Shown one piece after another: positions 49,101-61,401 of a DNA stretch of 64,000 bases. Origin of the DNA: Puccinia triticina (lineage: Eukaryota); NCBI GenBank assembly GCA_026914245.1, contig CP110439.1, positions 2,728,001-2,792,000 of the forward strand. Reading direction: 5' to 3'. Made by a program: the position numbers and the translations under genes. The stretch's first letter is position 1, and each line of letters starts with the position of its first letter. Below the pieces are notes generated by a model. The model was given only the letters and a program-made list of their open reading frames with translations, was not told the origin of the DNA and searched no databases.

Positions 49101-51695
49101 TGAATAAGGTTTGTTTGATGTTTTCCTGACTTTCTCTTGAAAAGGAACTTAAGAATAAAACACTGGCTTCTTCTTTCTTCCAAACCTGGTAGGATTCCAT
49201 CATGTAATCAAGTATTGTGTTGAATTTTCCAAGATATCTTCTGTAAGCCTGGTAGTTTAAGATTCCTTGTTGGGCCTGTTGTTCTGCTACCTTGAATAGA
49301 TCCTTCTTGGTGTACAAAACTGAAGCATCAAATTCTCCCCAGGTGTCAATCATTGCTGTACGCAGGGTATCCCAGTCACATTCTTCGTAACCGTCCATAT
49401 CCTCGATTTGGCACTTCAGTTCCTCAGTCCGTATGAATCGTCCAATCTGAAGAGCTCTTTGGAATTTTGTTGAACCAAACCAATCTGCTGCCCTTTTGTA
49501 TCTCTGTAGGAATTCAAAGAATCGATTTCCATCGTAGAATAATTCATTGTCATCAATCATTCCTGGTGGGTAATTGGATTCTTGGTATGATAGACTTGGT
49601 TGTTGATAAGGTATTGGTTGATGTTGGTAATATGTTGTTTTTTGATATTGATGATGTTCTGAATGCTGTCTTTGTTGAAATTGGTGTTGATATGTAGGTT
49701 CTTGAATGGCTTCATTCTTGTTGATTCCATAAGCAGATGGTTGTTGATGTGACACAGTCCCTCTGAGTGGAATATTCTGGTTTTGTTGAGTTTCATCTGA
49801 GTCACGGAAGTGTTCTTCAGTAGGACCTCTGAATTGATTCTCTTGTCCTTTCCCTTTTTCTTTCCTTGGCCAAGTTGACATTGTATTTTCCATATTCCTA
49901 ATCATAGCTGGAGTTCCCGTAAAAGGTCTTGTCCTTGAAGTGGTTCTTGAATTAATTGTATCTTCAAAATCTGGTATGCCAAACGCTATATTCATGTTGA
50001 TTGTTGTTGATCTCTTAGCTTCATAATTTAACTATCCGCTGCTAACTGTTACTGTGCTCTGAAAAAGAAACAATAATCTCTGGTCTCTGGTTTCTTTACC
50101 AGGGCAAATTGGGGGGGGTTCTTTTCTGAAAAAAAATTACTTATCAATCTGGGAAGTACTGTAGAACAGTCCACTGATTTATCCAGCTACTTAGGGTCTA
50201 TTTCCCGTCTTCTCAAAAATAAATCTGTCTGCACCTCGAGTAGTTCTAAAGTTCTTTTTAACAGTGTCCTAACTTATCCAGCTACTTATGGTCTTGTTCC
50301 CGTCTTCTCAAAAATAAGTTGGCCTGCTTCTTGAAGAATCTCGGCTCAGAATTGTAGTAAGTTTGTTCCTTTTTCAGAGGTTTGTAATTGTTTGGTTGGA
50401 TGGTTCTAAAACTTGACTAGTCGTTCAACAGAATAACTGAATATGCCGTTGAGTGTTGTAGATTTGTTGACCAATTTGATTCCTTTCGCCGCTCAAAGTC
50501 AAGATCCGTGGACGGGTCTTTTTGGTTTGAGTTGAAATTGGTTCCTGGGATGGTTCAAAAGTTGACTAGTTGTCCAACGGAATAAATGAATATGCCACTG
50601 TCCGTACTAGAGTTGTTGATGGGCTTGGTCCTTTTCACCGGCAAAGTTGAGATCCTTTGATGATTACTTTGGGTTGGATTGAAGTTCGTTACACGTGGTT
50701 GATCAAACAAGATTATCCAATCACGTTGGGGACTCCCTTGTAAGACTCAAAAGTGGTAATGAAACCCTTTTGCTGAATGGTGAAGGGTATGATGGAGTTG
50801 CAAGCTCTGCCCTTCTGTCATCAGTCAACAAGACCCACCAAGCTCAGCTTGGCAAGTTTTATTAAGTGATAGGTCTGGTCTGTTCCAGATGAAATCTGTT
50901 TGACCGGCAATGTGTAAGTGTTTTAATTACTTTGTTATAAGGGTTGAATTGTTGTTAAAAGGGCTGATTTATTGTTATAAGGGTTTTTTTATTGTTATAA
51001 GGGTTTTAGGATTTGAGTGTGGATGAGTGTTGGGTGACTTGTGAGTTCTGGGTGAGAAACTGGGGAGCAGACCACTGGGGGTGGAGAGAGCTCCTTTTAT
51101 AGACAAAAGTGGAGCCCCAAAGGGGCTTGTGGGTTAGGGTTTCAGCTAATCTAGACAACAGGGTGAGGGATTTTAGCTGGTGGGAGTGGATACAAATGAT
51201 GTCATAACCCCTCAGGGGTGCATGGATGGTGTCAGAATATACAAAAGAACCTTCTAACGCATGCATGAGGTGACAGTAGACTGCATGAGCTGTCATACAG
51301 GGGGAATTAGTGTATACACAAAGTCTGAGGCTGCAGAAACAGTGTAAATGATGTCATATTATGTATATAAAGGAGTGTATGTAGTTAATATGTAATGAGT
51401 GTAGCCTGAAAGGGAGATGTATGTTTGTATCCTGTGATGTGTATAAGTGTACTACTGTGAACCTTGGGTTGAGGCCGGTGACAGCTGGGTTACTGGGGCT
51501 GGCCGTGTGATAGGTGTCCATGAGGGGTAACTTCCACACTAGAGGGGGTCCAGGGGTACTTCCAGTGGTGACTAGGGGTGAAATTAGCCGTAGAATCCAT
51601 TTCTGGGGTCCATTTAATGGTATCTTGAGGTCTAATATGAGTAATTATGTGGCATAGAAAAAACTTTTTATTTTTCCACTTTTCCGTCTACCACA
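46200..51695 (-). mobile_element. Gag-only Gypsy-derived element: LTR 50739-51695, gag-like ORF, no pol seen
   Basis: Minus-strand tgtggtag...cttaca LTR followed by agggagtccccaacgtga. Leader has direct repeats. gttgggggagg motifs recur downstream. 3' LTR not found; left boundary is approximate. Confidence 0.65.
47926..49995 (-). CDS. Gag-like protein (689 aa) with long Q/E/P-rich tail
   Basis: YDGNRFFEFLQRYKRAADW...DGYEECDWDTLRTAMIDTWG...LYT aligns with the Gag at 23427 (FDGKDVEEFIEFYELAAD...DGYKPPDWAKLKASMLSYWG...LYT). Confidence 0.8.
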   Translation of the reverse strand: MNIAFGIPDFEDTINSRTTSRTRPFTGTPAMIRNMENTMSTWPRKEKGKGQENQFRGPTEEHFRDSDETQQNQNIPLRGTVSHQQPSAYGINKNEAIQEPTYQHQFQQRQHSEHHQYQKTTYYQHQPIPYQQPSLSYQESNYPPGMIDDNELFYDGNRFFEFLQRYKRAADWFGSTKFQRALQIGRFIRTEELKCQIEDMDGYEECDWDTLRTAMIDTWGEFDASVLYTKKDLFKVAEQQAQQGILNYQAYRRYLGKFNTILDYMMESYQVWKKEEASVLFLSSFSRESQENIKQTLFNNSQLQKGKSGKYEVTKWNHLVAAAEIEVIQIEEYFWKQIQTLQQELVELRKQAKALDLPPDYNQQLQFTEEPSEHETAMEITQPVMDVLEPITDNSEPITEMETYSQELVFEQAASTIHLQDMVVNQKTVSNLMDTPIELKHFVIVIPEFGSNDVDMAISMDQEGILDQSIQQNQTVDHQTPQINNHDSQIEDSILTETTVQDPQFSHIPAIVLIEDINKPGSKIFNKHLFKPHLDQQEEIFNKLSLQAPGPTDTDPGENEGKTISICNPSISTTTDLNPTDSQNTISPNPICTPSEDIFILPPAPVPPDINLTTINSSSKLNEDHSEPKQELERPINNLYHLESQRNQFIHLFYSLRKLLVQPSLKIPPDRFSQLQTHFNHPRLLVGIG

Positions 51696-53280
51696 CCGGC
51701 AACATCATCAATGGACTTCTCCACTCCGATTACTCCGTTCCAGTTGCTTTGATGGCCCAATCCTCAACCTCCTCAAACATATGGTACTTCTGATTAGGAC
51801 ACCCAAGCAATCAGGTCCTTAAATTCATGGGACTGTCATTGTCCGACTCAATCAACTCTTGTCAAGTATGTTTATGCTCCAAGATGACACATCTTCCTTT
51901 CTCTAATCACTTTTCTCCTGACAAATTCCCTCTCCATCGACTACACATTGACTTAGTTGGACCCATCACTCCCTCCACTCTTTCCGGTTACAAATATTTT
52001 CTCACTGTTGTTGACCAATTCTCATCTTTCAAATTTGTTTGATTCCTCAAGATGAAATCCGAAGCACTCAAAGCCTTGAAAATGCTTATTGCATCTGTCA
52101 AAAATATTCAAGAATGCAGAGTCAAAGAGATTGTGTTGGAAAATGGTGGGGAATTTGTTAATCAGGCATTCAAGGAATTCACTGCGGGCAAGGGAATCAC
52201 TCATCTCTTTGCTCCTCCATACATCCCCAAGCTGAATGGATTCGCTGAAAGAGCTAATAGGACAATTCTTGATAAAGTGCAATGTCTCCTTTCCACCAGC
52301 AATCTCCCAAAGACCTATTGGGGTGAGGGTATCAACTCAGCCGTCTTCCTCTGAAAACGTCTAGTCACACCGTCACACTCAAATAAATCCCCTTACAAAA
52401 TTTGGTCCAACTCAGATGCTCCAATTCATCGTGTAAAACCCTTTGGTTGCCAAGTCACAATTTCTGTTCCCAAACATTAACAATCCTGTAAATTGGCCAA
52501 TACCAGTGAAATTGGTATTCTCGTTGGATTTGAGAATGAGGCAACTGTCTACAGAGTTGTGAGAGTTAGCAATGGAAAACTCATTTGCACCAGGCACGCT
52601 ATATTTAAAGAATCAATTTTTCCATCGCTCTCCTCATCTGATGATAAATCTGCTTCCAGTTCCGGCACCTCCCCTGACCAAATTGCCTCTCCTCTTGACT
52701 TTGACACAATTCAAGATGAAGATGATGAATTCCATGACTGTCCTGAAAGTCACGATTTGGACACAAACAGCGACTCCTCTGACAAATCATCCAATGATGA
52801 TAAACCTGAAATTTCTCCACCCTCATCGGCTATGCATGATTCCTCTTCGCCTTCCAACTCCAATATCATTCGAGGTGACATCACTGCTGAAAATATCATC
52901 AATCATCCTCGTCGACCATGTGCCTTCATTATGGATGCCAACATTGACATTCCGAAGCATTTTCATCAAGCCATCAATTGTCAAGAATCCCAACATTGGG
53001 TTGCCACAATCAAGAAAGAACTGGACTCCATGGAACATCTCAAAGTCTGGTTGGTTGTTAAAATCACTCCCGGTGTAAAACTCGTTGGAACCACCTGGGT
53101 CTTCAGAAAGAAGAAGGACGGATCTTGCTTGATTGAATTCAAAGCTTGCCTGTGCGCCCAAGGTTTCTCTCAGACCTATGGTGTCGATTTTTCCAAGACT
53201 TTTGCTCCTACTGTCCGTCTTAATTCCCTTTGGACACTCATCTTGTTTGCTGCTGCAATGAATTGGGACATGCAACAACT
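51696..53280 (+). mobile_element. Decayed Copia fragment (GAG-pre-integrase, integrase, start of RT)
   Basis: LGHPS..CQVC, IDLVGP, ENGGEF, GFAERANRT, GTTWVFRKK, KACLCAQGFSQ, with several stops. Confidence 0.9.
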
Positions 53281-53368
53281 ATGTAGCAGTAATATGAGAA
53301 ACTATTGTTTCTGCCAAGCAGTTGACAATTCCTTGCAGTGTGGTTGTACATCTGTTTTTAAAGAGTTA

Positions 53369-53711
53369 CAGTCAAACCTGTGAAACTGCATACTTGTATA
53401 AGGGCATAACCTCCCAAACCACATACTCATTTGGGTCCACCAAAATCTCATTTTGGCCTGTAGCTAACCCTTGTAACTACATAACCTGCCAAACCACATA
53501 GCAAATTCAGTCCACCAAGGGGTATGAGGTTTCAAGGGCTTGACTGTATTAGGAAATACCCCTGAAACCACATAATATTTATGCAGTTCTGGAGGTATTT
53601 CTAACCACATACTTATGTGGCTATAGAGAAAACATTTTGTACCACATAAAATCCCAAACTGCATACCAAATCCTTTCCGCGGAGGGGTATGCGGTTTCAA
53701 GGGTTTGACTG
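53369..53711. mobile_element. Tc1/mariner-type MITE(s)
   Basis: ta|cagtcaaacc...ggtttgactg|ta, with an additional internal end at ~53546. Confidence 0.7.
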
Positions 53712-53962
53712 TATATATGAAGGGATTTGGGGGGTTGGGGGTTTAGGGGCTCACCTGGGGGGCAAGGGTGAGGGCAAGGCGGAGGGCGGGGAGGGCAGGT
53801 GAGCACAACGGATGGCAATGTGTCCGTTTCTGAAAACCAAGGTGTCTTTGATTGGGTGCATTCCAAGAATGGCAGATTGAGGGGGATGTTGATGATAGGC
53901 TGAAGAAAACTAGCAGAGGAGTCAGTGTGGTCATTGAGAGGGAGAGGAGAGCGGGGGATGTA

Positions 53963-54140
53963 CAGTCAAACCTGTCTAAGGGCATACCCTTTAGGAGAAG
54001 ACTTTTGGTATGACTTTAGGCAGGTTATGCCCTTAGAGATGGTGATTTTGCTGGGCAATCAAGAATCCAGGGAAGTCTTTTTCTATGCTGTTAGGCAGAT
54101 TATGCAGTTAAAAGGGTATGCCCTTAGACAGGTTTGAATG
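53963..54140. mobile_element. Tc1/mariner-type MITE at the truncation point of the KGD2 pseudogene
   Basis: ta|cagtcaaacctgtctaagggcatac...gtatgcccttagacaggtttgaatg|ta. Confidence 0.8.
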
Positions 54141-54142
54141 TA

Positions 54143-55690
54143 AGGTGCCATAGAGGGATCTGAAGACCCCGCCGTTGGAGATTGTGAATGTGCCGCCAGC
54201 CGTGTCCTCAAGCAAGAGCTTGTTGTCCTTAGCTTTGGCACCCAGCCGGGGGATCTCCTGTTTGATGTCGACGAGCCCAAGATTCTTGGTGTTGCGGACG
54301 ACAAGGGTGACAAGTCCTTTGGGCGTGGCGACGGCCACAGAGAGGTCAAAGTAGTCCCAATAGACCACCTGGTTGCCCGTCCCGGGCCCCTCAATTGAAG
54401 CATTGGCACCCAGGATCTCCTTCAAGGCTAGACAGGCTGCCTTCGCAAACACAGACATGGACCCTAGTTTCACTCCGCGCTCTTTCAACATCCCATTCTT
54501 TTACAACTTGCGCATCTCTGACATGTCAATCTTGTTGAACGTAGTCTCTGAAATCCGACTCCTCATTTGGTTCATCTTCACCAACATCAAGAACATTTTC
54601 AGTATTGTGTGGTAGAGAAAGAAGAAAGATAGGAGGGGGGATCTTACTCGGCGCTTGGTGCAATCGAATAGGGCCGGTCTGTTGGCCTGAGTTTTGCGGA
54701 AAGATTTCCGATCAAAATTGGTTCTACCTTGAGGCAGTTTTGATTTGGTGACTTGGCCCTGGGGCTTGGCCGTGCGAGGCTGACGCTCCTTGTTTTCGAC
54801 CTCGACGTCCGATTACGGTTGTGTGAAGATTTCTGGGAGGCTTGATGATGATCCTCCTCTGATTTGGCGGGCTTGGAAATTTGGTCTGGGGTAGCCTTGG
54901 CGGTGGCTTTTGCGTGTTTCTCATCTCACCTTTGGCGGCAGCGGTCATTTGAAAATGACCGCTGGCGCCAAAGATAAGAAACATGCAAAATCCACCGCTG
55001 AGGCGGAGGCAGGGGGAGCAGTGCTAACTTTTGGGGCTTCCTGCTCTATAGACAGTCTTTCTACTGGCTCGAGCTTGAACACATCCTGGCCAACGGTCAC
55101 CGTGTCCTCCTTGTTCGCCATTGTCTCCACAATCTTGCCCGACTTAATTTATCAAAGTAAATAAAAGTTATATGTAGAATTTAGATATCAACTAAAAGAT
55201 GAGAGAAATTTTTTGGAGGCTCTATAAATCTCTCCTTTTTTTCACAAATAAAAGGAATAGGAATGAGATTTGCAGAAAGAACATCGGATGCATTAAGCAG
55301 GATCCAGTGAGTCACAAAGTCAATAGCAAGAGAAGAGAGACGGATAAGATCAATGTGAGTCTGAATGCGCAAGCTATTAAACTAATAGATGGTTTTTTTT
55401 TTTCTTTTTCTAATGAATCCATGATAACAAAGCATCCAGCATATATTCCTTTGGATCAAATCTGGAGCAGAACCCAATTTATTATCATGGATTTGTTAGA
55501 AAAAGATAAAAAACCATCTATCAGTTTAATAGCTTGCGCATTCAGACTCACATTGATCTTGTCTGTCTCGATCGTGGCTGTTAGAGCCTCCTCATCCACT
55601 TTGAGAAGTCACCCGCTTTCTTAAGCCATTGTTTCAAAGTGCCTTCCGAGATCGATCCGGCCATCTGGCGAACCTTGACCGTCTCGACTA
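54143..55690 (-). pseudogene. KGD2: Dihydrolipoamide succinyltransferase (2-oxoglutarate dehydrogenase E2) pseudogene
   Basis: Lipoyl domain VKVRQMAGSISEGTLKQW..TIETDKINV and GKIVETMANKEDTVTVGQDVFKLE. Catalytic domain VKMNQMRSRISE..TFNKIDMS, AVATPKGLV, GTFTISNGGVF.SLYGT. Has stops, deletions, a frameshift and no C-terminus. 5' exons may reach ~55900. Confidence 0.85.
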
Positions 55691-56118
55691 TTTACATAGC
55701 AGACAATCGATGAGTGAGTAGATGGAGCGGGGGTTGACTGATGAGTGCAACAATGGATGGTTTGGATTCAAGACCCTCGATACCACTCGATCAGCATGCT
55801 CGTTCCAGGCCGACTGGAGGATGCTGGTGGGGAGATGAGGGAAGCGTTGAGCGAGGATGCTGATTGAGTGGTTGCTCCAGTGTTCGTAGCTGGATGGCCG
55901 TGCGTGGTGGTTGGTGGTGGTGGTGGTGTGAGTGGAGGAGGCGAAGTTGAGTGTGGGAGTCCGAATCCGCGGGTCCTGCTTCTTCCGAGTCCCCGGCCCG
56001 ACTCCGCGCCTCTGCCAGTGAGACTCACTTGCTCGCCTACTCCTCACCACCATTCACCCCGGCGACATCAGATCCCAAGAAAGTCTATCCGAACAGCTTT
56101 AGTTGCCTACCAGCCACC

Positions 56119-57787
56119 ATGCTCCGTCATCCGCGTGTCCTCTCTAAGGGTATGTTGTGCATTCCGGTGTAATAATAGGTTTTGCTTGTTCAAATTATCT
56201 GATAAACTTCCTTCATAGCCATCAACTTCACACACGTTGGTCAATCACGCACATTTCTAACATCGACCCAATTGCAAAGTCCGTACGATTTATCGATCCC
56301 CAACTTGAGAATTCATAAGGATACCAAGGTCTGTCATCTTTGACTCCAAACAAAATACCCCATCTGATTGCCTGTTTCTTTCAAATTGACCATCGTTGCT
56401 ATTTATTTTTTGGGTGATGATGTAATATTCAGGTTATATGCCAAGGGTTTACTGGAAAAACTGTCAGATATTTAATCCGGTGCCCATCTTCCCCGATCCG
56501 GTAGATGAGAATGAGTTTGGCTGACCAAAAAATGTGGTCTTGATCATCTTTCCAGGCTACGTTTCATTGTAAGGAAGGTCTGGCTTACGGGACCAAATTT
56601 GTCGGTGGCGTGTCCCCCAAGAAAGCTGGCCAACAACACCTCGGACTTCCCGTTTTTGGCAGTGTTACGCAGGTAAGTAGATGCTGCCTGTCCGTGGAGA
56701 CAGCCACCGAGTTCCGTTTTTTTTTAAAAAAAAATATCTTTTTCGATGATTGTCAACTAGGCCGTAAAGGAAACTAGACCCGACGCTACAGTAATCTACG
56801 TTCCTCCGCCATTTGCAGCAGATGCCGTGATCGAGGCTGTAGAAAATGAGATTGGCTTGATCGTTTGTATCACCGAAGGGATCCCTCAACAGGACGAAGT
56901 CAAAGTATGATGTTCCCACTTTTATTTCTTACAAAAAGCCTCGCTGAGTTCACTTGTAATCAGATTGCTCAAGTTCTCAAGAGCCAAAGCAAATCACGCT
57001 TGGTTGGTCCCAACTGTCCTGGGATTATCTCACCTGATGTTGGTGGTGGATGCAAGATCGGAATCATGCCCTCGAATATCTTCTCCCCCGGATGCATTGG
57101 TTAGCGCCCCTGAAAATTAAACTTTTGAGCTCGAACTGGACTAAATTCTAAGACTCATCTACTGCTCGACCTTGATTTTCCAGGTGTCGTATCTCGCTCT
57201 GGAACACTAACATACGAAGCAGTAGACCAAACAACCAAGGTCGGACTGGGACAAACATTGTGTGTGGGAATTGGTGGTGATCCTTTCCCTGGAACTCAGC
57301 ATATCGATGTTCTCAAGGCGTTCATGGAAGATGACGCAACCAAAGGTGAGGGTAACCACTCAAGTAGACTGTTTGCCAAGTCTGTCCAGCTCAAAGGTGT
57401 CTTGCGCATGGTCACAGGGATCGTGCTTATCGGAGAGATTGGAGGATCGATGGAAGAGGAGGCAGCAGAGTATTTGAAGCAATTCAACAAAACCCGCTCC
57501 GTCCCCAAACCTGTCGTCAGTTTCATCGCCGGCCGGACCGCACCTCCTGGGCGCCGAATGGGCCATGCCGGAGCAATCATCAGTGGTGGAAAGGGCAAAG
57601 CTGAAGACAAAGTCAAAGCCTTAGAAGAAGCTGGCGCCGTCGTCAGCGATTCCCCCGCCAAATTGGGTGATCTTATGCTTAAGGTACGTCATTCTCACCA
57701 ACAAATTATTCGTAACCTGCTTTGTCTACTCTTACTAAGGTGACACTTCCGGTTACATAGGCAATGAAACAATCGGGACTTGCATAA
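56119..57787 (+). CDS. LSC1: Succinyl-CoA ligase alpha subunit, mitochondrial, multi-exon
   Basis: [79 protein letters not shown]; ends AMKQSGLA*. Introns are GT-AG. Confidence 0.95.
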
Positions 57788-59070
57788 AGCAAGGTGAACT
57801 TTTTGCTTGTAGAATATTCTCACGTTTTTTCAGTAGTATTTTTTGTGCCTTCTCTGAAGATATAAATAAGGAAAGAGTTTGAATGACCCGGAAAACCTTC
57901 TTTTGTGGTGGAAAGGGGGGGAATTGATCATCCGGGTTGACATTCTTCCACGACTTGTGGGATAACACTGCACGCATATAACCTGACATCGAATCTGGTT
58001 TTGAGCTTTAAAAGTGGTGCATGACTTGTGATTCTGGTCGATTGAGGAGTCGATCTGCGTTGACTTGAGACACCGAGATTATGAATATGACTGGGCACCG
58101 ATGAGGTTTTGTTTCATTCTTTAAATGCAAGATTGAGGTCTGATGGGTTGATCCCAGTGAGAGCTAGTCTGAACAGGCCGTATTGAAACAACTCTGTATC
58201 TTCTGCCTAAAATCGAGTACACAGAATTGTCACGACCAAGTTGGCAGGAGGCAAACTTGAAGTCCCCATTTCGCGCCCAACAGAGACTTTTCAAGTGAGT
58301 GGGTGTTTGGAACACATCCCGAACAAATGAGCCTGTGCCGTTCACCCATGATGGTTCAAACTTCACCGTTTATGATCTCTCCCTATGAATCTAATTTTGC
58401 ACCTTGGGCAAGATTACCTGTGTGAAATCGGAAAATCTGCGCACATTTTGGAAAATTGCCATCGATCCCGAAGACAGGCACCAATTCAACAAACCCTCAA
58501 AACCTTCAAAAAAGCAACGCTCAACTTGATTATGCCTTTTTAAATGCGCAAGGTTGGTGACACTGGAACATTGAATTAAAGGACCTCCGGCCAGGCAGCT
58601 TCAGTCTCCGAGGAACAGATTTAACCGATGAAGGAGCAGATGCGATGCATGTCAGGCAACAAATTTCCCTTGAGCCACCCTCAACCACTCTCCTCTTATA
58701 GGGTCCCTTCTCACTTGTAGAATCGGTCAACTGTGAGCCCATTTACATCTGGGTAACACCGAGGGTTTGCTGCGGCATAAATTGTAGGCTGGTTCGACAA
58801 TTCAAAAATCTGGCGTTGGAATTCAGTCAATGTAATAAAATTCAGGATAATATAAGGTCTTCTACCGCATTATACATAGAAGGATTGCGATGCTGATGAT
58901 TACTATGAAGAAACGGATGATAGAAACAACATAGGATACTCAAGAAGATGAACAAAGTGAAGTTGAAATACATGTGCAAAAGGGAAGAACACATTCTAAT
59001 CTGGACTGGAAATCATTTCAGGATCGTCGAGGGTCATGCGTTGCGGCCAGACAATTAGATTGGGAAGTGA

Positions 59071-61401
59071 TCATTTGTCAGTATCTTGGTTTGTTGGATA
59101 GCTGATGGACGGATTGCATGGGGCTAGAGACATGTAAGCTGGTGTAGAATGATGCTCATTACTGGAGTGAGACAGAGTCGGTGTGGAGGGGTGGGAGTCT
59201 GGATTTGGTCGCGGTGAATGGAGGGGTGCTTGAGGGGTAGGATGATGGACTGAACCATTCTGGAAAGATGAAGAAAAGTGTGGTGACGGTAGTGGTGTAG
59301 AAGTGGAAGAGTGACTCGAAGGGTAGCCCTGGAAAGGTTGAGAGGATGGATAATACGATACATGGCTGTGGGTCCCATGAGAAGGATACAACGGCGAGTT
59401 TGGAGCTTGTCGCAGGAGGTGGGTTGAGTTGGGCCATTGGCTGGTGCAAGGAGTCAAGGTACTGTTCGAACGACATGAAGAAAGCCCTTCGCCCTGATAT
59501 TGGTTATCTTGACCGGGCTGGTGGGTCATCGGATAATGGAAATCGAAGGCTATCCCACCGTTTGAGAGGTTGGGAGAAGTAGCAGACACAGGAGAAAACA
59601 TCGACATAGTAGGTGAAGGACTAGTGCGAAGCGATGGGGGACCAAGGTGACGAATGGTGAGGCAAGGTGGAATAGCCCCAGCATGACCCGCGGCCCGCGC
59701 TAGCTGCGACTGCGCCTGTCGTCGAATGGGTTGTCTGACCTCGTGAACGGAGTTCGCGGCTGAGGGCGGGACTAAAATCCTTCGACGCGCGTTGATGAAC
59801 CAATTACTTACTTCGAGATCGAAGGAGACAATTGGTTAGGAATTGAAGGATATTACTATGAGATCAGGCATAGATAGATGTCGCTCTCACCCTGGTTCAT
59901 TGTCAAGTTGGTCTCCTGGCAAAGGGACTTCTTCTCTTCCTCGGTCGGGTAGGGATGAGTGGTGTGCGCCATCAGCCAACCCTTCAAGATAGCTGTCACT
60001 GTTGTGGGAGAGAAAGCGTTCAGAATTGGAGATGTGTCTTAGGACGTGTGAAGGGACCAACCAGCTGATGGCAATTTGCCTCTGCGACGAGGGGCTTGGG
60101 TTTCCACGGAGCTCCAAGGTGATGCTTGCGTCGGCTGTGGAGTGGGAGAGACTGTCGCGCGGGTTCCGGGCACGCCAGCTACTGTTGCAGCGGATGAGTC
60201 AACTTCCTGAGGTCCCCCATTGCTGGGGTAAGACGGCCCAAGTAAGCGAGGTGGGGCTATCTGAGAAAACGGCGGGTCTGCAGCACGATAGTCGTTTGTT
60301 GAATTTGGAACCGCATGTTGAGGATTATTCGCAATTGATTGAAGCTGAGCGTTGAGAGGACTGAAGGAGGAGTTTGGCTCGGGTGGGAATGTCGCTGAAT
60401 TGGGTGCCGTGAGTGCCACGATGGGAGAACCGGGATATGACTCTCGGTCTCCAGTAAGAATGTTGCAGTGAGGGAGCACCGGAGAGGGGAGAGCAGAGAG
60501 ATAGCCATTGGAGTGACTGGAGAAATGAACCTGCTGGGATGGTGAATCTGAGTTCGCCTCGGGCGATCTCCGAACAGACGAGTTTTCCAACGCGTCGACC
60601 ACCGAATCGTGATTGTGATGCTCCAGATGCGCAGCGGGGACATGCAGGGCTAGTTTGTTGGTGTTGCCAACCGTGCCCCGCTCTATTTCCTCCCGCGTCA
60701 CAATGGGGGGCAGGCTACTCAAATCCTCACTTTCTTTCTTGAGTGGGGTCGGCGCCTGAGGGGCACTGGGTGGCGACAAGTTTGGAGAAGGTCCATGTGG
60801 ATGATGATACCTCTCGAAGCATCGATTGTCCAACTGTGAAAGGGAAGGGGATCGGGGACGCTTATTGGAAACCTGCAAAGGTTCTTCCGCTTTGCTATCA
60901 TTTTGCGCAGCTTGTGGGGCAATGCACATCTCCAGATTGGCATGCCCAGCATCTGAATTGAAAGTGTCACTCCTTCTGGAAGCATGTGTGTCACGATATT
61001 AGTTTGATATCAGCGTGGTTTATCAAGGAAGAATGATGATTGGGGCCAACTAACGACGATGGGGTAGAGGCTGGCGCAGGCCCATGGTAAGGCTCCAGCG
61101 CTGATGCCAGTGGGCTGTTACGCAACTGGCTTTCAATAGTGTCGCTCTCAGAACGGGGTTGATCGCCCATGGTCGGGAACTGAATAGTTGAATGACTCTG
61201 CCAATTGAATTCGGGGTAGACGTAGGGCTCGTTGGTATTGTGGTAATATAAGTTGTATGACGTCCGGCGAGGGGGCGCAGCGATCAGGTGCTGTGGTTCA
61301 ATCAGAGCGGCCTCTGAGAAGCTTTGATCCGATTTGACGTCTGTTGACGGGAGTGGAGAGGCCAACATGTTTGTTGGGACGTCAAAGAATATTGTAACCA
61401 C
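59071..61401 (-). CDS. TALE-class (Homeobox_KN, CUP9/TOS8/TGIF-like) homeodomain transcription factor, multi-exon; start uncertain
   Basis: Spliced RRRGKLPSA|VTAILKGWLMAHTTHPYPTEEEKKSLCQETNLTMNQ|VSNWFINARRRIL (PYP loop, WFINARRR) at ~59770-60095, with S/P-rich flanks. Confidence 0.88.

Noticed and set aside
59071..61401. Mating-type HD (bE/bW) locus
   Set aside because: This is a single TALE/KN-type gene with no divergent partner homeodomain gene in the window.
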